Shown: piece after piece, positions 42,288-51,233 of the stretch
How the letters are laid out: each line of letters opens with the position of its first letter
Position numbering within the stretch: position 1 is the first letter of the stretch
Assembly (NCBI GenBank): GCA_050173015.1
Contig: JBFXLE010000027.1
Coordinates: 1-62,955, forward strand
Length of the DNA: 62,955 bases
From: Calditrichaceae bacterium
GTDB taxonomy: Bacteria > Calditrichota > Calditrichia > Calditrichales > JBFXGD01
Direction: 5' to 3'
Made by a program: the position numbers and the translations under genes
The notes under the pieces: generated by a model
Told to the model about the DNA's origin: nothing
The model's database searches: none
Seen by the model: the letters and a program-made list of their open reading frames with translations, nothing else

Positions 42288-44248
42288 GTTTAAGAGGCCA
42301 TTCCATTAAGACAAGGATTGAAACTACCACTTCTTCAATATCGATTTCACTATCTTCAGGTTTAAGAGGCCATTCCATTAAGACAAGGATTGAAACATAT
42401 TCATAGTTTTATCCTTTGTTTTAAATTAATCCCTGTTTAAGAGGCCATTCCATTAAGACAAGGATTGAAACATATTATTAATGCCACTATGATTGCCGTG
42501 ATCATGGTTTAAGAGGCCATTCCATTAAGACAAGGATTGAAACTTTGTTACGGTGTATCCATATATTTTCAATATTCTATCGTTTAAGAGGCCATTCCAT
42601 TAAGACAAGGATTGAAACGTTAAAACGGTAAATCGTCCACCGGATCCGGTACTGTTTAAGAGGCCATTCCATTAAGACAAGGATTGAAACCGGGTAGTGG
42701 TTCAACATTGGTTGCTGCGCTTGAAGTTTAAGAGGCCATTCCATTAAGACAAGGATTGAAACATGATCTCGGAGATATGTCAACCGGAAACGGATATATA
42801 AGTTTAAGAGGCCATTCCATTAAGACAAGGATTGAAACATAATAAGCCCAATTCTGGGAAAATTATTGCTGGCGTTTAAGAGGCCATTCCATTAAGACAA
42901 GGATTGAAACCGTCTGGAATGTAGCTAATCTTTTTCGGGTCATCTATAGTTTAAGAGGCCATTCCATTAAGACAAGGATTGAAACTTCGATAATACCCGA
43001 CTCGAGCGTTCGGCACTTAGTAGGTTTAAGAGGCCATTCCATTAAGACAAGGATTGAAACTGTCAAGACCCGTTATTATGTTTGGCTTATCTTCATCAGT
43101 TTAAGAGGCCATTCCATTAAGACAAGGATTGAAACTACAGTAACGCCCGCGTGACGAAGTGCCTTTGCTTTTGTTTAAGAGGCCATTCCATTAAGACAAG
43201 GATTGAAACCGGTTTCAGGTATTGGAGTAATCCACTTATGAACCTCAGTTTAAGAGGCCATTCCATTAAGACAAGGATTGAAACATGCTATCTAACAAAA
43301 CATCGAAATCGACAGGATCGGGTTTAAGAGGCCATTCCATTAAGACAAGGATTGAAACTGCGCCGGTACGCTGGTACAAGGCATATATAATGTAATGTTT
43401 AAGAGGCCATTCCATTAAGACAAGGATTGAAACGACAGTGCGCCAGTATCAATGGCGCTCAATTCTTTTGTTTAAGAGGCCATTCCATTAAGACAAGGAT
43501 TGAAACCGCCGAAACAGTGCTATACTGCCTCGATTTTTTCGTCTTTGTTTAAGAGGCCATTCCATTAAGACAAGGATTGAAACCATAATCTTAAAACGTT
43601 TTCAGTATTTAGTGAATCAGTTTAAGAGGCCATTCCATTAAGACAAGGATTGAAACATCTCATCAGCATCTATGATCGACGCAAATAGTATCATGTTTAA
43701 GAGGCCATTCCATTAAGACAAGGATTGAAACATGCTTATATTCTTAATAATTGTTGTGTGTTATTAAGTTTAAGAGGCCATTCCATTAAGACAAGGATTG
43801 AAACAACAGCAAACATCGGTCGTATTGAGTGAAAAAACGATTGTTTAAGAGGCCATTCCATTAAGACAAGGATTGAAACATGATAGTAAAAGAGTTGTAT
43901 ATTATATAACAGTTATTTGTTTAAGAGGCCATTCCATTAAGACAAGGATTGAAACAACAGCAAACATCGGTCGTATTGAGTGAAAAAACGATTGTTTAAG
44001 AGGCCATTCCATTAAGACAAGGATTGAAACAAAAACAGGAAACGGTCGTATTGAGTGAAAAAACGATTGGTTTAAGAGGCCATTCCATTAAGACAAGGAT
44101 TGAAACGTCAAACTGAAAACGCAACTACTGGTAGATATGATAAGTTTAAGAGGCCATTCCATTAAGACAAGGATTGAAACTAATGTCAAGAATAATTACA
44201 CCGAATTGTGGGACGTAGTTTAAGAGGCCATTCCATTAAGACAAGGAT
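42288..44248 (+). CRISPR. CRISPR array 1: 27 repeats (last truncated), 26 spacers, repeat GTTTAAGAGGCCATTCCATTAAGACAAGGATTGAAAC (37 bp)
   Basis: Repeats counted manually from 42288 to 44218. Spacers are roughly 34-40 bp. ATTGAAAC 3' end and a degenerate terminal repeat distal to the leader fix the orientation. Confidence 0.98.
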
Positions 44249-44304
44249 GAGCATTGCTGACAGCTATCAGCTATCGGCTGTCAGCCGTCGGCTGTTGTTT
44301 TTTG

Positions 44305-44584
44305 CCGGGGCCTTTCAAAAAAAGCGCTGGAAATTCAGGTGAGCGGAACGGCGGAAATTCTTACTGTCTGAGCCCGCCGCCAGGCGGGCGAGTTTAAGAA
44401 TTTCAGTGCAGCGAGCCGTATAATTTCCCGATTTTTTTGAACAGCCTTGATCTTTTGGTTCTTTTCCATCAAGGGAAAAGAACATAGACTTCAGGTACAG
44501 AAAATTCGCCTGAAGAATCCAAACAGTTGTTTTGGGATTAATAACCAGATTATCCTGACCAGCAGAAGATCCCTCCAGGATGAC
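44305..44584 (+). ncRNA. Candidate structured RNA/DNA element (full-length copy 1), function unknown
   Basis: Nested inverted repeats, a 3' pseudoknot, and a structure-preserving indel plus a compensatory pair relative to the copy at 62527-62800. Strand is assumed from the array orientation. Confidence 0.55.
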
Positions 44585-46400
44585 ACTTCTGTGTTGATTT
44601 TTAGGTGTGGGTGCCATATTGGGCCGCCTCCAGACTTAACTTTTAGCTTATAACTCTTAACGCTTTTTCTCTTCGTGACAAGGATTGAAAACGGACTTCG
44701 GCTATCGGCTGTCAGCCGTCGGCTATTGGCCTTTGGGTTTCGCTGAAGGTGAATGATTCGCGGAATCAGTATGATTATACTCTTAACTCTTAACTCATAA
44801 CTCTTAACGCTCTTAAATTCTTACTGTCTGAGCCCGCCGCCAGGCGGGCGAGTTTAAGAATTTCAGTGCAGCGAGCCGTATAATTTCCCGATTTTTTTGA
44901 ACAGCCTTGATCTTTTGGTTCTTTTCCATCAAGGGAAAAGAACATAGACTTCAGGTACAGAAAATTCGCCTGAAGAATCCAAACAGTTGTTTTGGGATTA
45001 ATAACCAGATTATCCTGACCAGCAGAAGATCCCTCCAGGATGACACTTCTGTGTTGATTTTTAGGTGTGGGTGCCATATTGGGCCGCCTCCAGACTTAAC
45101 TTTTAGCTTATAACTCTTAACGCTTTTTCTCTTCGTGACAAGGATTGAAAACGGACTTCGGCTATCGGCTGTCAGCCGTCGGCTATTGGCCTTTGGGTTT
45201 CGCTGAAGGTGAATGATTCGCGGAATCAGTATGATTATACTCTTAACTCTTAACTCATAACTCTTAACGCTCTTAAATTCTTACTGTCTGAGCCCGCCGC
45301 CAGGCGGGCGAGTTTAAGAATTTCAGTGCAGCGAGCCGTATAATTTCCCGATTTTTTTGAACAGCCTTGATCTTTTGGTTCTTTTCCATCAAGGGAAAAG
45401 AACATAGACTTCAGGTACAGAAAATTCGCCTGAAGAATCCAAACAGTTGTTTTGGGATTAATAACCAGATTATCCTGACCAGCAGAAGATCCCTCCAGGA
45501 TGACACTTCTGGGTTGATTTTTAGGTGTGGGTGCCATATTGGGCCGCCTCCAGACTTAACTTTTAGCTTATACCTCTTAACGCTTTTTCTCTTCGTGACA
45601 AGGATTGAAAACGGCCTTCGGCTATCGGCTGTCAGCCGTCGGCTATTGGCCTTTGGGTTTCGCTGAAGGTGGCTGTTTCGGGAAATCTGGATGATTATTA
45701 AAAACCGCAAACATAGAATACTTTTCAGGACTCATAACTCTTAACGCTTTTTCTCTTCGTGACAAGGATTGAAAACGGCCTTCGGCTATCGGCTGTCAGC
45801 CGTCGGCTATTGGCCTTTGGGTTTCGCTGAAGGTGAATGATTCGCGGAATCAGTATGATTATACTCTTAACTCTTAACTCATAACTCTTAACGCTCTTAA
45901 ATTCTTACTGTCTGAGCCCGCCGCCAGGCGGGCGAGTTTAAGAATTTCAGTGCAGCGAGCCGTATAATTTCCCGATTTTTTTGAACAGCCTTGATCTTTT
46001 GGTTCTTTTCCATCAAGGGAAAAGAACATAGACTTCAGGTACAGAAAATTCGCCTGAAGAATCCAAACAGTTGTTTTGGGATTAATAACCAGATTATCCT
46101 GACCGGCAGAAGATCCCTCCAGGATGACACTTCTGGGTTGATTTTTAGGTGTGGGTGCCATATTGGGCCGCCTCCAGACTTAACTTTTAGCTTATAACTC
46201 TTAACGCTTTTTCTCTTCGTGACAAGGATTGAAAACGGCCGTCGGCTATCGGCTGTCAGCCTTCGGCTATTGGCCTTTGGGTTTCGCTGAAGGTGAATGA
46301 TTCGCGGAATCAGTATGATTATACTCTTAACTCATAACTCTTAACGCTTTTTCTCTTCTGGGCAAGGATGAAAACGGCTGTTGGCTATCGGCTGTCGGTA
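44355..46400 (+). repeat. Long-period tandem repeat trailer: four ~460-bp units plus shorter units, each ending in a degenerate CRISPR repeat
   Basis: The 'ttactgtctgagccc' anchor occurs at 44361, 44821, 45281 and 45905 (periods 460, 460, 624). GACAAGGATTGAAAAC occurs at 44677, 45137, 45597, 45761 and 46221, with a variant at 46361. Confidence 0.93.
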
Positions 46401-46448
46401 ACACGCTTCTTGTCTCAATCAAATTATCTATTATACAGGGAAGTTTTT

Positions 46449-46772
46449 ATGAAATCAAAAAAACAAGCCATTACTGAATTGTGCAACCTCATACACCACT
46501 ACAATGATTTATGGCATTTATCACGTGATCATTGTGAATCGGCGCGACCCGCTAAAAACATCCTGGAAAGAAGAAAAACCGGTCTGCAGAATTTGCTGCT
46601 GCGTGAATACGCGGATCAGATTGAATTAAGCAATGTGACGGAAAATAATGACTATCCGGAGGGTAATAATGTGGTCGGTATATTGATACGCGGCACCGAC
46701 CTGAACGCCTGCCATATTCCACTAAATGAAATTGAAAATAATGATAAAACCAACACGGAGTCAGTTGAATGA
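46449..46772 (+). CDS. Hypothetical protein (107 aa), first gene of the Zorya-like operon
   Basis: ATG after AGGGAAG; the stop overlaps the zorA start (ATGA). No recognised motif. Confidence 0.6.
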   Translation: MKSKKQAITELCNLIHHYNDLWHLSRDHCESARPAKNILERRKTGLQNLLLREYADQIELSNVTENNDYPEGNNVVGILIRGTDLNACHIPLNEIENNDKTNTESVE

Positions 46773-48445
46773 TTAACCAGATATTAGATACATTCATGCA
46801 ACCGATCAAGAGTTTTCTTGCCCTTGGGTTGCTGTCACAAATTTTTACGGTATTTGCAATTCTGTTTTTGTGGAATCTTAGAAGAAAATATAAGAAAGCC
46901 ATAAATGTAGTTTTCGAAGAGAAATTAGCTCAGATAAAATCACTTTCTGAACATATCCACAATAATTACGCAGTGGAAGCGATTCCCAACAGTAAGCAAA
47001 CTGACAACAAGACGATCATTCAAAAAGCCCCCGAAACCATTATTGAGGAGCGCGGATTAACGGATCCCGGGTTTTCAAATATTCCGGGTATATTTACGGG
47101 ATGGGGAATCTTCTTCACGTTTTTTGGGATCGCCATTGGACTTATGTTTGGTGTTGATTTTACCGACAGTAGTATGCTGAAGTCTATCCAGCATCTTATT
47201 GGAGGCATGTGGGTTTCCTTTCTCAGCTCTATTCTTGGACTGGGCTTTTCTATATGGTTCTCCAGACAACTATCCAACAAAGAAAATGAATTGCAGCAGG
47301 AAGCCGCGCGCCAGGTTGATGAACTTAGGAAAAAAGTAATGGTCGAATCACCAGAGCTTTATCTTAGGATTCAGGCGGAAAATTTGGACTTGCAGGCAAA
47401 AACGAATGAAACCATGATGAAATCCGCGGTATTATTGGCCAAATCATCGACCAATTTATCACAGCTTCTTGACACGGAAAAAATGGCCGAATTAATTGGA
47501 GAGAGTCTGCGTAAAGCGTTTATCGATGAATTAAAACCAACCTTTGACAGTATTGATAAAAAATTTGGCGTACTTACCGAAATACAGGAATCAACCAGCC
47601 AGTTAACGGAGATTTCCGCTCAATTACGCACCTTTATTGTAAAGGATCTTGAAAGAATTTTCAAAAACATTCATGATTCCTTTGTGACAACCCGGGAAAC
47701 CGTGGAAAAAGTGAATAATGGATTACTGGGTACGCAGGATACCATCAAAGAAACGAGAATTTCAATACAGGAGAGTAACAAAAATATTGTCATGGTAAAT
47801 GAAGGGCTCGCTGATTTTGTTGTCAGAATGCAAAAAGTGCTTGAACTTCATAAAACTGAGACGATTAATTTGTTAAAAATGACCGGAGACGAGGTAAGGA
47901 CCGTTATCTCATCTTCAAACGACAAATTGCAGACGACTCTTAGCGGCGTAGGTGATGAGCTAATCGCTACCAGCGACCGCATACAGGATGAACTTTCAAA
48001 ATTCCGTGAGGGCTATACAAATTCACTGGATGAGTATCTTGAAAAACAGGGTGAGGTTCTCGAAAATGTCATTGGGAATCATATTGAAGGTCTGAATAGC
48101 ACCACCACCAGGCTGGGAACGATGTTGGAGGAAGAATATAAACGTCGTGAAAAAATGACAAATGATCTGGGCAGCATGCTCGAGAGACTATCCCGTGTAT
48201 CGGCGGATCAGAAGGTTATTGAAATGGCCATCAAAGAAGAATTACGCGAGCTCTCATCCGAGACCTTTAAAAAACAGGATATCGTGATCAAAGAATTAAA
48301 AAGTTTTCAGCATACGGTCACTAATAATACCAGTCAGTTTCTTACAAAAATGGATAGTGAAATTGCCGACATTTTTGATTATTTCGGTAACGTGGTGCAG
48401 ACGTTATCAGAAACAGCTTCAACAATAAATCTCAAGAGACAGTGA
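46769..48445 (+). CDS. zorA: Zorya ZorA-like protein (MotA-type TM domain plus long helical tail)
   Basis: Three TM helices including IPGIFTGWGIFFTFFG and GMWVSFLSSILG, followed by ~380 aa of predicted helical/coiled-coil tail. Directly upstream of a MotB/OmpA gene. Confidence 0.8.
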   Translation: MINQILDTFMQPIKSFLALGLLSQIFTVFAILFLWNLRRKYKKAINVVFEEKLAQIKSLSEHIHNNYAVEAIPNSKQTDNKTIIQKAPETIIEERGLTDPGFSNIPGIFTGWGIFFTFFGIAIGLMFGVDFTDSSMLKSIQHLIGGMWVSFLSSILGLGFSIWFSRQLSNKENELQQEAARQVDELRKKVMVESPELYLRIQAENLDLQAKTNETMMKSAVLLAKSSTNLSQLLDTEKMAELIGESLRKAFIDELKPTFDSIDKKFGVLTEIQESTSQLTEISAQLRTFIVKDLERIFKNIHDSFVTTRETVEKVNNGLLGTQDTIKETRISIQESNKNIVMVNEGLADFVVRMQKVLELHKTETINLLKMTGDEVRTVISSSNDKLQTTLSGVGDELIATSDRIQDELSKFREGYTNSLDEYLEKQGEVLENVIGNHIEGLNSTTTRLGTMLEEEYKRREKMTNDLGSMLERLSRVSADQKVIEMAIKEELRELSSETFKKQDIVIKELKSFQHTVTNNTSQFLTKMDSEIADIFDYFGNVVQTLSETASTINLKRQ

Positions 48446-48446
48446 T

Positions 48447-49088
48447 ATGAGAAAAAAAAAGCTTATCGAAAGTCCGTTTTCCATATCAATTAGTGACCTG
48501 ATGGCGGCGTTGCTTTTGCTTTTTATGCTGTTAACCATGAGTTTGATGTATGAATTATCAAAAACAGTTGAAGTAAAGAGCCGGGTTTATAAACTTTTGG
48601 ATGAAAAACTAAAAGCCGCGGGTCTGGAGACAGATATTGATTCCCGTTCAGGAACCATCAGCATTGCCGATACCATTCTTTTTGAAAGCAACAGATCCTA
48701 TTTAAAAAGTGGAAGTAAACAGTTTTTAAATAAGTTAACACCCATTTTAGCAGAAGTATTGTGCTCTGAAAAGGAAATTGCCGATGAAATATATGCCATT
48801 GACATCGAAGGATATTCAAGCGAACGAGGGCGAAAAGATCAGCATATGATGGATTTAAGTCTTGATCGCGCGCAAAGTGTCTGGAATTATATTTATTCGC
48901 TTAACAGAATACCATACCGAAAACAGTTTCTTAGCAAAATAAAAGTCTGCGGCTGGGGCAATATGAGAGCCTCGCATTGGCGGGACTTGCAAAAAGACAG
49001 AAAGGTTGTTTTTCAGCTTCAATTTAAGGGGACAATGGAAAAGCTGGAATCGGCGCTTGCCGAGAAAGGATTTACGAAAGCAAGGTAG
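48447..49088 (+). CDS. zorB: Zorya ZorB-like protein (MotB-type TM with conserved Asp, OmpA-like domain)
   Basis: SISISDLMAALLLLFML, then ILFESN, IEGYSS, LSLDRAQSV and RKVVF. Confidence 0.85.
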   Translation: MRKKKLIESPFSISISDLMAALLLLFMLLTMSLMYELSKTVEVKSRVYKLLDEKLKAAGLETDIDSRSGTISIADTILFESNRSYLKSGSKQFLNKLTPILAEVLCSEKEIADEIYAIDIEGYSSERGRKDQHMMDLSLDRAQSVWNYIYSLNRIPYRKQFLSKIKVCGWGNMRASHWRDLQKDRKVVFQLQFKGTMEKLESALAEKGFTKAR

Positions 49089-49091
49089 AGG

Positions 49092-51017
49092 ATGACAATA
49101 AATCACATGATCAATTCAAGTTACTCATCAAAATTAAGTGGAATAAAGCAAAAATATGGTATTCCCGATAATTCCGATAAATCTCTGACCGGGTTGATGA
49201 CCGCGGAACATGACCTGCAAATTGAGTTAATATCCAGATTTTGCGATGAGAATGAAAATATTCAGCTATCCGCGGGCGATCTTTATTCAATCTCACGTCT
49301 GTTACGTAACGGGGTATTTTATAATCGCCCAAAATTCAAAAACATCGCGCGGATCATTAATAATTCTCCAAACTTTGTACCAAATTTATTTCTTATTGAT
49401 AAAAATAAATTTGATTTTACACCGACAGTTCAGGATGTGGTTTGGTTAGCTCTCCAACTGAACAATCCAAAAAACCAACACGGTATAAATGAAGTTCCGA
49501 ATGATGGTAAAGGCGAAGAAACACATAGATTGATCGAGTCGGTATATAATCATGTTGACAAACATGAATATCCCTGGCTTTTCAATATCAGATACATACA
49601 TGATGATCCAATAAAACGGGCCAAAAAAATAGTGTCGGAGTCATTTCGTTCCGAAGCGTCCCTGAATGAAATATTGAATACATGGGGCATTTACATTGAG
49701 TGGAGAAAATTATTTCAAAACAACGGTGAAGAATTAATCAACGCGTTGTGGGGAGATTTCAAAACATATGCGGTTAATGCATATTTACCGCAGAATGAAA
49801 AGTATATCAAATATGTATTAAGGCTTCTGTTTGAAGACGGAAAAAAATCTGAAAAGACCTTCACGGAACGGTTTGAGTTACTTTTGAGTGTATTTGATAA
49901 AAATGAAATATTACATAAACCTTTTCTCGAGATTTGTGAAAAGCTGTTTGGCAATCCCCCGGACTGGAGCGCGTGGGCATTCCTTTCGGATCAATTAAAG
50001 CATAAGTATAATGAATTAAGAGGATTTGTTAAATATAAATACTTCGAAATCATATCCCGGTTATTATATAAAAAATTAAGATCTGAACCGGAAGCCATAT
50101 CGGCGTCAAAAAATCATAAATTTATCCATAATCTAACCCTTCTGAACAGCAGAACCGTATTCTGGTCCAATTACCGTAAATCAATACTGAATGTAAATAT
50201 TTTTATTCCAAACGAATATTATCATTATGTAAAAAGTCAGGCGACTGAAACCGGTGACGTAAAGTATCATTTAAGTGATGAATTTTTTGAATCAATCGCT
50301 CCCACCTCATTCGATGTGCCCATCGCGATTTTATATTTTAAAAATTGTGTCGTGGTCGAATATTTTCAGGGTAGTGGAAATGACAGCCTAATAATAAGTG
50401 ATGAGAAAATCATCGCGACGCCCCAAAAAATTAAAAACATGTTCGAAAATCATCCCGAAGCTTTAAAATTAATTGCCGGATTTTGTGTAAGACACAATCC
50501 AACCTGGATGAAATCGTTAAAAGATCATCTTTCTTTAAATTTTAATATCGAATGTGATGAGAAAGATATCTTTAATATTCCCGCTTTTGACAAAACGATC
50601 GAGACCTTTGGATCCCGCGCCAAAAGATCTATTAAGGAAATTACCAAGTACTATGAGAAAATGCGTCAGGAAGGTCATGAAATCGCGGTATCTGCCACCG
50701 GAAACGAACAAAAAAGCGTGGTTGCGTCTGTAGTAAAACCTGAAGAGCGAACCAAAAAATCAGCAACGAAAACAACCAAACCGGTTGAAACAAAAAGAAA
50801 AGCAAAAAAGGTAGCCGCAAAGAAAAATGAAGCTGTCGGGAGTTGTAAAATTGATCCTAAAGATAAATCTAAGAACCGATCGAACAAAATCAATAAATAT
50901 GCTTTCGGTAATTCAACTATTTATCAGTGCAATAAGTGCCTGAAATGTTGGATGAATGATCACCAAAAAATCTGTCCTTTTTGCGGGCACAGCGAAACAC
51001 GTATTAAAAATGCATGA
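49092..51017 (+). CDS. zorC: ZorC-like EH-signature protein with Lys-rich linker and C-terminal zinc ribbon
   Basis: RTVFWSNY...ILYFKNCVVVEYFQGSG resembles the EH_signature motif. C-terminal CNKC...CPFC. Position directly after zorB. Confidence 0.65.
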   Translation: MTINHMINSSYSSKLSGIKQKYGIPDNSDKSLTGLMTAEHDLQIELISRFCDENENIQLSAGDLYSISRLLRNGVFYNRPKFKNIARIINNSPNFVPNLFLIDKNKFDFTPTVQDVVWLALQLNNPKNQHGINEVPNDGKGEETHRLIESVYNHVDKHEYPWLFNIRYIHDDPIKRAKKIVSESFRSEASLNEILNTWGIYIEWRKLFQNNGEELINALWGDFKTYAVNAYLPQNEKYIKYVLRLLFEDGKKSEKTFTERFELLLSVFDKNEILHKPFLEICEKLFGNPPDWSAWAFLSDQLKHKYNELRGFVKYKYFEIISRLLYKKLRSEPEAISASKNHKFIHNLTLLNSRTVFWSNYRKSILNVNIFIPNEYYHYVKSQATETGDVKYHLSDEFFESIAPTSFDVPIAILYFKNCVVVEYFQGSGNDSLIISDEKIIATPQKIKNMFENHPEALKLIAGFCVRHNPTWMKSLKDHLSLNFNIECDEKDIFNIPAFDKTIETFGSRAKRSIKEITKYYEKMRQEGHEIAVSATGNEQKSVVASVVKPEERTKKSATKTTKPVETKRKAKKVAAKKNEAVGSCKIDPKDKSKNRSNKINKYAFGNSTIYQCNKCLKCWMNDHQKICPFCGHSETRIKNA

Positions 51018-51233
51018 TATAAGATTTTTTTTATTTACAGTTTATGATTTTGAAACACCTGTCCGTCATTTTGCGTGTCGCAAACATCTGTTAATCCGGC
51101 GTACTTTCTAAAAATTTTAAAAATCAAACCAAATTTCATCTCTTAACAATACGCAAGGCTTAAGGGATGTTTTAAATGACTTTTTTCGATGATAAATCTG
51201 ATTGATCCCGCCAATTAAAAACGGAGGAGAATA

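Noticed and set aside
44392-44399. GTTTAAGA inside the structured element equals the first 8 nt of the array 1 repeat
   Set aside because: Too short, and it overlaps a helix arm. It is unchanged behind array 2, whose repeat begins GTTTAAGT.
44315-46197. Repeated ORFs MAPTPKNQ... (minus strand) and MIFWFFSIKG... (plus strand) in the 460-bp units
   Set aside because: They are by-products of the tandem repeat. They overlap on both strands, lack clear RBSs and are not preserved intact in the diverged copy at 62527-62800, where secondary structure is preserved instead.
44305-46400. Autonomous IS element or tracrRNA in the trailer
   Set aside because: There is no transposase ORF. The repeat-like segments are in direct orientation rather than anti-repeats, and no class 2 effector is present.
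46769-49088. Flagellar MotA/MotB or ExbB/TolQ interpretation
   Set aside because: The long C-terminal helical tail, the SDLM motif, the downstream EH-like gene and the defence context fit ZorAB better. There are no flagellar or tonB genes nearby.
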